IMG/VR virus record: IMGVR_UViG_3300020202_000047
Location: 1-40,901 of that record
Origin: a virus
DNA length: 40,901 nt
Reading direction: 5' to 3' (one strand)
Numbering within the stretch: position 1 is the stretch's first letter; every line of letters starts with the position of its first letter. Shown piece after piece: positions 1 to 6,249 of this stretch. Position numbers and translations under genes: made by a program. The notes under the pieces are model-generated. The model was not told where the DNA came from and ran no database searches. It worked only from the letters and a program-made list of their open reading frames with translations.

Positions 1-127
1 CTGCAACGTCGCCGTACTCACCGAGGGGTATGACGATCCACTCGTTGCCTGCGTGGCGATGGCGCGACCGACGAAGTCGCGAGCCCTCTACGCGCAGATG
101 GCGGGCCGCGGTACGCGCATCGCCCCA
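1..127. repeat. 127-bp terminal direct repeat, identical to 40775..40901. Most likely the overlap left at the ends of a circular contig.
   Basis: Bases 1-127 (ctgcaacgtcgccgtactcacc...gcgcatcgcccca) match the last 127 bases of the window exactly. The repeat lies inside one continuous helicase reading frame. Confidence 0.95.
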
Positions 128-748
128 GGGAAAGAGGATCTGCTGCTGCTGGACTTCGCGGGGAACGCGGGTCGGCACGCCCTTGTAAGTGCGGCCGATA
201 TTCTCGGCGGCAAGTACGGGGAAGACGTCGTCGAGAAGGCGAAGCAGAAGATCGCCGAGGAGCCGGGCAAGGACATCAGGCAGGCGCTCACCGAGGCCGA
301 GCAGGAAGCGCGCATCGAGGCCGAGCGCAAGGCGAAGGAAGAAGAGGCCCGGCGAAGGGCTCAGGCGAAGGCTCGGGTCCGCTACCAGAAGCATGACATC
401 GACCCGTTTGCGGTACTCGGTGTCGAGGACCCGGCGGTCGAGTTCGGCGGGCGCTTCGGTGACAAGCCCGCGTCGCAGAAGCAGCTCGACCGGCTCGCGC
501 AGTGGAAGATCGACGTCCCCCCGGGCGTCACCTCGCGCCAGGCGGAACGGCTCATCAAGCACGAGTACAGCCGCCGCGTGAACGGCTGGTGCACCTACGG
601 GCAGGCGAAGTACCTGCAGCGCCAGGGCTACGACACCAAGGGCATCACGCGCGTCCAGGCGTCGCAACTCATGGACGCCATCAAGCTGAACGGCTGGAAG
701 CCCCTCGCGCCAGCGGTGCGTGAGGCGATCTTGGGGGTGCGGTCGTGA
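2..748 (+). CDS. SF2 (DEAH-type) DNA helicase, C-terminal part. It continues 39840..40901 across the circular junction. The whole protein is about 560 aa once the duplicated 127 bp are removed.
   Basis: The frame is continuous with 39840..40901 through the repeat. It contains helicase motif [10 protein letters not shown]. The C-terminal extension is charged and helical with two related (S/T)xxQ..L..G...QA..LI segments. Stop is TGA 746-748. Confidence 0.9.
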   Translation, partial: CNVAVLTEGYDDPLVACVAMARPTKSRALYAQMAGRGTRIAPGKEDLLLLDFAGNAGRHALVSAADILGGKYGEDVVEKAKQKIAEEPGKDIRQALTEAEQEARIEAERKAKEEEARRRAQAKARVRYQKHDIDPFAVLGVEDPAVEFGGRFGDKPASQKQLDRLAQWKIDVPPGVTSRQAERLIKHEYSRRVNGWCTYGQAKYLQRQGYDTKGITRVQASQLMDAIKLNGWKPLAPAVREAILGVRS

Positions 749-1197
749 TGCTCTCGATGCTCCCTCCGGGGGTGCGGGCGTGCGTGCACCTCGCGGCCAA
801 GCAGCAGGGACACCGGCCGATGGACCTCCTCGCGCCGACGCGGCTGCGTGCCGACGTGGCCGATGCGCGCATGGTCGCGATGGCGCTCGCTCGCCGGGTG
901 CTGAACCTGCCGTATCAGGTCATCGGGTTCCAGTTCGGGCGGGACCACACGACGGTGCTGCACGCGTGTCGGTCCGTCGAGGAGCGCGGAGACCTAGGCG
1001 CGCGGGTGGTCGCTCTCGAAGATCACATCAAGAACGAGTGCGCCCGGGACGAGGAGTTCCGCCGCCTGTTCGATGAGGCGCGCCGAGACGCGGGGCGCGC
1101 GCAGGCGAAGGAACGACGCAACGGCGAGGAGATCGGCGGCGACGGCGTGGGACATGCCCGCGTTGTCGGTCGGCGGCGCGCGGAGGTTGCGCGATGA
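745..1197 (+). CDS. DnaA C-terminal (domain IV) DNA-binding domain protein. Stand-alone, with no AAA+ module.
   Basis: [40 protein letters not shown] matches the DnaA domain IV signature (E. coli ...[40 protein letters not shown]). The GTGATG start overlaps the helicase stop. Confidence 0.85.
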   Translation: MMLSMLPPGVRACVHLAAKQQGHRPMDLLAPTRLRADVADARMVAMALARRVLNLPYQVIGFQFGRDHTTVLHACRSVEERGDLGARVVALEDHIKNECARDEEFRRLFDEARRDAGRAQAKERRNGEEIGGDGVGHARVVGRRRAEVAR

Positions 1198-1460
1198 ACC
1201 GCGCCGGCCGGACCGCCCGGGACTACGCCGAAAACCTCGTCTGCTGCTGCCCGTCGTGCATCGCCGTGCAGCCGTGGCGGGCTGACCTGCGTGCTCGCCG
1301 GGTGAAGGCAGCGAGAAACGCCGTCGACAACGCCGACGGACGCGAGCGAGCCGAACGGTCACGCGTGCGAGCGAAGGCGCGCACGACGAGCACGCGCAAG
1401 TGCCGCTTCTGCGACCAGGCGGGCCACAGCGCGCGCACCTGCGGGACCCAGCGCGGATGA
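1194..1460 (+). CDS. Small basic protein with a CCHC zinc knuckle (CX2CX4HX4C).
   Basis: C-terminal KCRFCDQAGHSARTC fits CX2CX4HX4C, and an N-terminal CCCPSC cluster is also present. Third-position GC is high. The start ATGA overlaps the upstream stop. Confidence 0.7.
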   Translation: MNRAGRTARDYAENLVCCCPSCIAVQPWRADLRARRVKAARNAVDNADGRERAERSRVRAKARTTSTRKCRFCDQAGHSARTCGTQRG

Positions 1461-2035
1461 AGCACCCCGACGCCGCAGACGTGAAGCGCACCGCGAACCT
1501 GCTGGCCTTGGTGCCGCAGGAGCCGAAGCCGCGCAAGACGGGCCGCGCGTCGTGGATCTGCGCCTGCCCCTTTCACGAGGACTCGACGCCGAGCATGTCG
1601 GTGCGGCTCGTCGAGGTGGGGTGGGTGTTCCGCTGTTTCGGCTGCGGCGAGAAAGGGACGGTCATCGACTTCGTGATGCGCACCGAGCGGTGCAGCTTTC
1701 AGGAGGCGATCGCGAAGCTCGCCGGGAACACCGCGAATGCCGTCGTTTCCCTGCACATCCCCGCGATCGCGAAGAAGGCGTACGTCATACCCTGCGAGAT
1801 GCCCGGCTGCGGCGACCGCATGGAGGTGGACGTCGCCGACCTGCCCTACCTCGGCGAGAACCTGCACGCCGACTGGCTGTGCGTCTCGGAGCGGTGGTTC
1901 TGCGGGAGGTGCACCCCGTACCTGACCCGAGGCTGCACCAAGCTTCCCCGGCGGTGGTCGGACGTGCGCGGGTACCTCGCGCGGGCGTGTGAGGCGTGGG
2001 CAGAGCGCAAGCGTGACGAGGTGAGGGCGGCGTGA
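1457..2035 (+). CDS. CHC2 (DnaG/primase-type) zinc-finger protein. No TOPRIM or catalytic primase domain is recognisable.
   Basis: CPFHEDSTPSMSV...FRCFGCGEKGTVIDFV matches the zf-CHC2 pattern CPFHxExTPSF...CFGCGxxGdvixF. ATG 1457 overlaps the upstream TGA (ATGA). The C-terminal half is Cys-rich with no known motif. Confidence 0.85.
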   Translation: MKHPDAADVKRTANLLALVPQEPKPRKTGRASWICACPFHEDSTPSMSVRLVEVGWVFRCFGCGEKGTVIDFVMRTERCSFQEAIAKLAGNTANAVVSLHIPAIAKKAYVIPCEMPGCGDRMEVDVADLPYLGENLHADWLCVSERWFCGRCTPYLTRGCTKLPRRWSDVRGYLARACEAWAERKRDEVRAA

Positions 2036-2265
2036 GCAAGCCCCGGAAGATCGGCAAGAACCTCGATATGATCCGCGCGTACACGCGCAAGCGGACCGAC
2101 GCCTATTACGCCGTCATCTCCGGCGAGGCCGCGCTGAAGAAGACCGGGGGCGAGTGGCCGACGACAGCCGCCGAACTCGCGCGACGAGCCACGAAAGCCG
2201 GCCGGCTCGACCGCATCCGCGGCATCGCAGAGGCGCAGAAGCGCCGGAAGGCGATGGGGTGGTGA
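2032..2265 (+). CDS. Hypothetical protein (77 aa).
   Basis: Open frame with high third-position GC. The GTG start overlaps the upstream stop (GTGA). Confidence 0.65.
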   Translation: MSKPRKIGKNLDMIRAYTRKRTDAYYAVISGEAALKKTGGEWPTTAAELARRATKAGRLDRIRGIAEAQKRRKAMGW

Positions 2266-3272
2266 CAGTCGGGTCCTTGTTCAGCGGCATCGGCGGCCTG
2301 GAGCTCGGCCTCGAGATGGTCGGCCTCGGCCCGGTCGTGTGGCAAGCGGAGCGCGACCCGTACGCGTCGGCCGTGCTCGCGCGTCACTGGCCGACGGTGC
2401 GCCGGTACGACGACGTGAGGGACATCGACGAGAGGGCAGAGCGACCGGAGGTGATCTGTGGCGGGTTCCCGTGCCAGGACATCAGCAACGCCGGCAAGCG
2501 AGCCGGAATCGAGGGCGAGCGATCGGGCCTGTGGAGCGAGTACGCCCGCATCGTTCGCGTTCTACGACCGCGGTTCGTGTTCGTGGAAAACGTCGCAGCT
2601 CTGCTTGCTCGCGGGATCGACCGCGTACTCGGAGACCTGGCCGAAGCGGGGTATGACGCGCAGTGGGATTGCTTTCGAGCGTCCGACGTCGGAGCGCCCC
2701 ACCGTCGAGAGCGGGTGTTCATTCTGGCCTACGCCGGATGCGAGCGTGAGCGTCGGATACAACCAGTCTCCGTCGCCGGGCGCGGCGGTGCGTCCGTCGC
2801 TCGGACTAATGGCGAAGACGTGGCCTACGCCAACGAGCGCAGCGCAGCGGAGATCCCGGTCGTCGCTCCTGGCGAAGCACTGGGCGGCGCCGGGCCTAGA
2901 GCAGATAGCCGAACTCGCGATCGGCATACTTCCGCGCGAGTACACGAACGAGAGCGAGATCCAAGGGGCGGCGAGGGCGATCGGCGCGAGGACGTGGCCC
3001 ACGCCGACGGCGGGCGACGCGAAGACGACGAGCGCCGCGTTCTACTCGACGGAGAGCGGGAGACACAGCGGCACGACCTTATGCGACGCGGCTGGGGTTT
3101 CCCACCCGGCCCGGACGCCATCGACGGATGGGATGGTCCTCAACCCGCGGTTCGTCGAGGCTCTGATGGGCTTTCCCGACGGGTGGACCGTCTGCGATGC
3201 CTCGGCAACGCCGTCGTACCGCAGGTCGCGGCGCTCGCCTGGCGCACGCTGATCGCGAGGGCGGCGTCGTGA
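2259..3272 (+). CDS. dcm: DNA (cytosine-5)-methyltransferase. See the finding on the central region being better encoded in the +1 frame.
   Basis: Motif I FSGIGGLELG, motif IV GGFPCQDISNAG, motif VI FVENV, motif VIII APHRRERVFILA and motif X LGNAVVPQVA are all in this frame. The GTG start is at 2259/2262, beside the upstream stop. Confidence 0.8.
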   Translation: MVTVGSLFSGIGGLELGLEMVGLGPVVWQAERDPYASAVLARHWPTVRRYDDVRDIDERAERPEVICGGFPCQDISNAGKRAGIEGERSGLWSEYARIVRVLRPRFVFVENVAALLARGIDRVLGDLAEAGYDAQWDCFRASDVGAPHRRERVFILAYAGCERERRIQPVSVAGRGGASVARTNGEDVAYANERSAAEIPVVAPGEALGGAGPRADSRTRDRHTSARVHERERDPRGGEGDRREDVAHADGGRREDDERRVLLDGERETQRHDLMRRGWGFPPGPDAIDGWDGPQPAVRRGSDGLSRRVDRLRCLGNAVVPQVAALAWRTLIARAAS

Positions 3273-3620
3273 ACGAGCGTCTTGATTTTTACGAGGCCGG
3301 AGCAGACCCGGCGAGGACAGAACATCCGAACGCACTGGAATCCCGAGGGCAGCGGAGGAGCGGGGAACAGCCCGCCTACCCATCCCGTGGCGAAACGGGA
3401 CCGCGAAGCGAGGGCGCGGTCAAGCCATGCCGGCTAGGGACGTTCGGAAGTGCATACGACAGCGGCGTTGCGCCGGCCCGGTCAGACGGGCGCCAGCAAG
3501 GCTGACGGAATGGGAGTCCCCCAGGAGCCCTCTCGCCGGGAAGCCGACAAGAGGGAAGCCCTCGCTCTAGGCATCGACAGAGACACATCCACGGACATGT
3601 CACACAAGGAAGGTGAAGCG
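3273..3620 (+). other. About 350-bp apparently non-coding region rich in hairpins. Candidate structured RNA, leader or origin region. Class unknown.
   Basis: No frame shows the strong third-position GC bias seen in flanking genes. Local stems occur at 3360-3375, 3383-3400, 3401-3419 and 3528-3555. GGGAAGCC is repeated at 3538 and 3553. Confidence 0.4.
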
Positions 3621-3962
3621 ATGAGCGACGAGATGCAGAAGGCGTACGACGAGGGGATGGCCGAGCGAGGGGCGACGCGCGATCGCTACTCGCTGTCGTT
3701 CGGGCGAGGCGGCGTGCGCAACGACCGCGGCGGCTACGTCGGCGGGCTGAACATCCCGCCCGTCAGCGACGAGATGCACGACGCGATGAAGGCCGAGATG
3801 GACGAGGCCACGGACCGGCTGCGCAAGAAGACCGCGCACGACATCGCCGCGCTCGAAGCGCTCGCGGACTTCGAGCGGGCGCTGCGCGACCGCATCGAGG
3901 CGTGCGACCGCTACGAGGAGACGCGCAAGGCGCTGCTCAAGGCGATGGGGGTGGGGCGGTGA
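3621..3962 (+). CDS. Hypothetical protein (113 aa).
   Basis: SD-like AAGGAAGGTGA lies just upstream of ATG 3621. GC3 rises sharply from this ATG. The upstream extension of ORF 3450..3962 has weak coding bias. Confidence 0.7.
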   Translation: MSDEMQKAYDEGMAERGATRDRYSLSFGRGGVRNDRGGYVGGLNIPPVSDEMHDAMKAEMDEATDRLRKKTAHDIAALEALADFERALRDRIEACDRYEETRKALLKAMGVGR

Positions 3963-4099
3963 GCTTCTGGGCCGTGTTCAAGGCTGCCATCGCGGCGTAC
4001 CTCGGGTACGTCGCGGCCGGGGTGGCGCTCATGATGCTCATCTTAGTCGGCGCTGTGGTCGCCGCAGTCGTCTCGTCTTTCAGGGAGAGGCGCCGATGA
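3959..4099 (+). CDS. Small membrane protein (46 aa, one or two TM helices).
   Basis: The GTG start overlaps the upstream TGA. Hydrophobic core is FKAAIAAYLGYVAAGVALMMLILVGAVVAAVV. Confidence 0.55.
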   Translation: MSFWAVFKAAIAAYLGYVAAGVALMMLILVGAVVAAVVSSFRERRR

Positions 4100-4206
4100 C
4101 CCGCGTCGGCGACCTCCTCATCGGTCTCGCCGTCGTAGCTCTCCTCGTGCTCCTCATGGGCGAGACGCCTGGCGGGGCGCCTGCTGTGTGGCCGGGGGCG
4201 TGGTGA
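4096..4206 (+). CDS. Small membrane peptide (36 aa).
   Basis: ATGA overlaps the upstream stop. Hydrophobic LLIGLAVVALLVLLM. High GC3. It is below the length cut-off of the supplied ORF track. Confidence 0.45.
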   Translation: MTRVGDLLIGLAVVALLVLLMGETPGGAPAVWPGAW

Positions 4207-4382
4207 TGAGATCGTACGCGGACGAGTTGATGGCGGGCCTCGTGGCCGCGTGGGAGTGGGAGCCGGCCGGTATCACATGGAACCGGCGCTGGGCGCAGGG
4301 CCAAGGCAAGCAGGCGAGTCGCAACCACGCCGAGCGCCAGCGCCGCAACCGCGGAGCCGGCAGAAGAGCAAAACGCCGGTGA
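4206..4382 (+). CDS. Hypothetical small basic protein (58 aa).
   Basis: ATG 4206 overlaps the upstream stop (TGATG). High GC3. The C-terminus is Arg-rich. Confidence 0.55.
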   Translation: MRSYADELMAGLVAAWEWEPAGITWNRRWAQGQGKQASRNHAERQRRNRGAGRRAKRR

Positions 4383-4885
4383 GCGGACTCCCTCCCGACC
4401 TCGAAGCGCTCAAGCGCCGGCTCCTGCGGGAGTCGGGCTTCGAGGACATCGAGAGCCGCGACGGCATCATCAAGCGCCCCCGCCCCGACACGTTCAACGC
4501 CGGGGAGTACCTGCAGATGGCGACCGCTCGACTCGTCGACTACCAGTGCGACCGTTTCACCCGCGAGATCCTCGAGCTCCACGTCACCGGCATGAAGTCC
4601 CGGGCCATCGCCCGCAAGCTCGCCACCTACCGCAAGCTGGTCGACTGCAAGGTCAACCGCTTCAAGCGGTGGCTGTCGGGCGCCGAGAGGGGACCCGGCC
4701 GGCCGCCGGTGCCGGGTGGACGGGGCGACGGGTGCGTGACGGTGTTCGTGCGGTTCGGTGACGACGAGGCCGAAGCCCTGTTCTCGCTGACGGACTCGCT
4801 CGGCATCTCGCGCGTGGACGCGGTCCGGCTCGCCGTGCGCGCGCAAGCGAAATCAATTTCCGATATCGGAAAAGGGAAGCGGTGA
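4379..4885 (+). CDS. DNA-binding protein with an HTH segment and a C-terminal ribbon-helix-helix-like segment. Function is unassigned (regulator or small terminase candidate).
   Basis: The GTGA start overlaps the upstream stop. TREILELHVTGMKSRAIARKLATYRKLV resembles a sigma70-r4/LuxR-type HTH. VTVFVRFGDDEAEALFSLTDSLGISRVDAVRLAV resembles an RHH fold. Confidence 0.6.
   Translation: MSGLPPDLEALKRRLLRESGFEDIESRDGIIKRPRPDTFNAGEYLQMATARLVDYQCDRFTREILELHVTGMKSRAIARKLATYRKLVDCKVNRFKRWLSGAERGPGRPPVPGGRGDGCVTVFVRFGDDEAEALFSLTDSLGISRVDAVRLAVRAQAKSISDIGKGKR
4857..4872. repeat. Perfect 16-bp palindrome TTTCCGATATCGGAAA.
   Basis: Read directly. It lies in a local AT-rich patch at the 3' end of the 4379..4885 CDS. 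Confidence 0.9.
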
Positions 4886-5175
4886 ACCGAGCGGCCCGTC
4901 ACCTCCTGCTTCGCACGCTGGAACGGCAGGCCGAGGTGCGCGCGCTCGTCCTGGCCGCCTTCGATATAGTGCCGAAGGGACGAGTGCGCAAGGTCGCCGT
5001 GGCCGAAGTGGTCGCCTCGCATCGCCGCTGCGTGGTGAGCCCCCGTCTCATCGCCGAGGTAACCCGTGCGGTGCTGGGCATCCCGGGAGTCATCGCCCTT
5101 CGCCCCCACAACCGCAGCATGTTCCTCGGGCTCCAGCGACGCGACGGCGGGGCCAAACCGCCCCTGGTTAGGTAG
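4882..5175 (+). CDS. Hypothetical protein (97 aa).
   Basis: The GTG start overlaps the upstream stop. GC3 is moderate to high. Confidence 0.55.
   Translation: MNRAARHLLLRTLERQAEVRALVLAAFDIVPKGRVRKVAVAEVVASHRRCVVSPRLIAEVTRAVLGIPGVIALRPHNRSMFLGLQRRDGGAKPPLVR
5149..5166 (+). repeat. 18-mer GGGGCCAAACCGCCCCTG, first copy. It lies 13 nt upstream of ATG 5179.
   Basis: Identical to 7750..7767. It falls in the last codons of CDS 4882..5175. Confidence 0.85.
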
Positions 5176-5178
5176 CAC

Positions 5179-5451
5179 ATGCCCCGCTCGCCCCAGGAAG
5201 TAGCCGACACGCTCGCAGAGGCTGCCCACATCGAGGCGAAGCGCCTGCTCAAGGCGGCCAAGGACGAGACGATGACGACGGGCGACCGCATCGGCCTGCA
5301 GTCCCTCTGGCGCGTGGCCGCCGAGGCAGCGAACGCCGAGTGGTCGCAGCTCCAGAAGCTCGACCCGCAGAAGTTCAGCGACGAGATGCTCAAGCGCGCG
5401 CTCGAGGAAGAGGCCCCTGCCCCCAAGAAGACCCGGCGCGCCGATGGGTGA
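5179..5451 (+). CDS. Hypothetical helical protein (90 aa).
   Basis: ATG start 3 nt after the upstream stop. High GC3. Confidence 0.65.
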   Translation: MPRSPQEVADTLAEAAHIEAKRLLKAAKDETMTTGDRIGLQSLWRVAAEAANAEWSQLQKLDPQKFSDEMLKRALEEEAPAPKKTRRADG

Positions 5452-5878
5452 AGAGGTTAGGGAGCCAGTACCTTACGAGCTTCGGCCGATGGTCGCGGCC
5501 GATCTCCCGTTCGTGATGCGGTCGTGGCACGTTTCCTACCGCGACTCGCAGTACGCCAAGGCGCCGTCGAAGGACGCCTACTACGACGCGCAGCGGGCGG
5601 TCATCGAGCAGGCGCTCAAGGCCGGCGACACGCTGGTCGCCCACTGGCCGGGCGAGCCGGACCACCTGCTCGGCTTCGTGTGCGGCAGGGGGCCGGTCGT
5701 TCACTACGTGTACGTCAAGCAGCCGTACAGACGGCGCAGGCTCGGCCGCTCCCTCTTCGAGCACGCGGTCCGCGACACGCGCGAGGTCTACGCGACGCAC
5801 CTCCTGCGGGTCCCGGCGTCTTGGCTCATCGGCCGGCGCATCAACTTCAACCCGTCGCTCATCTTCGGAGGCTCATGA
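5444..5878 (+). CDS. GNAT-like N-acetyltransferase fold protein (tentative).
   Basis: VVHYVYVKQPYRRRRLGRSLFEHAV resembles GNAT motif A (beta4-alpha3, R/QxxGxG/A-like). It overlaps its neighbours by a few nt at each end. Confidence 0.5.
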   Translation: MGEEVREPVPYELRPMVAADLPFVMRSWHVSYRDSQYAKAPSKDAYYDAQRAVIEQALKAGDTLVAHWPGEPDHLLGFVCGRGPVVHYVYVKQPYRRRRLGRSLFEHAVRDTREVYATHLLRVPASWLIGRRINFNPSLIFGGS

Positions 5879-6243
5879 ACATCAAGCGCGTCAAGATTGC
5901 GGGGCACTGCTACCTCGGCAGCATCGGCAAGGTGGAGGCGCTTGACGCCCCGCTGTGGAAGATGGAGGAGACGGCGACCGGCGCGATCTGCGCGAGGCAC
6001 GAGCCGACGGGACAGATGTTCCGCATCCCCGAGCACAAGATGGACTTCGTCGAGTACTGGGGCCTGAACGAGACGCCCGGCAAGTACGTCGAGCCGAGCG
6101 AGCCCGCCGACACGCGCCTTGCGAACCTGCCGCCCGCGCCCGGTGCCGAGCCCCCCGAGGTCGTCGACGACGAGCCCGCGCCCCGCCGCAGCAACGGCCG
6201 CATCAAGGCGAAGCAGGCGGTCACGGTCGGCGTAGACGACTAG
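5875..6243 (+). CDS. Hypothetical protein (122 aa).
   Basis: ATGA overlaps the upstream stop. High GC3. The C-terminus is acidic and Pro-rich. Confidence 0.65.
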   Translation: MNIKRVKIAGHCYLGSIGKVEALDAPLWKMEETATGAICARHEPTGQMFRIPEHKMDFVEYWGLNETPGKYVEPSEPADTRLANLPPAPGAEPPEVVDDEPAPRRSNGRIKAKQAVTVGVDD

Positions 6244-6249
6244 CCCCTC

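Noticed and set aside
1-127. The 127-bp identical ends as a genuine direct terminal repeat or cos region of the virion DNA.
   Set aside because: The repeat falls in the middle of the helicase reading frame, and its length equals a common maximum assembler k-mer. A circular-contig overlap is the simpler explanation. The sequence alone cannot exclude a true repeat.
3197-3620. ORF 3197..3505, a GTG-3269 ORF, and the N-terminal extension of ORF 3450..3962, considered as protein-coding genes filling the gap.
   Set aside because: Hand-tallied third-position GC is only about 65%, against roughly 90% in neighbouring genes. The composition is atypical. A strong SD and a jump in coding bias appear only at ATG 3621.
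3273-3620. Assignment of the non-coding region to a known RNA class (cobalamin or c-di-GMP-I riboswitch, hammerhead ribozyme, RNase P, tmRNA, tRNA).
   Set aside because: Only fragmentary resemblances were seen (GGCGAAAC..AAGCC, GGGAAGCC, CUGACGG). The conserved cores, such as the B12 box GCCACUG, CUGAUGA...GAAA in the right order, and the T-loop GGTTCGAATCC, are not present.
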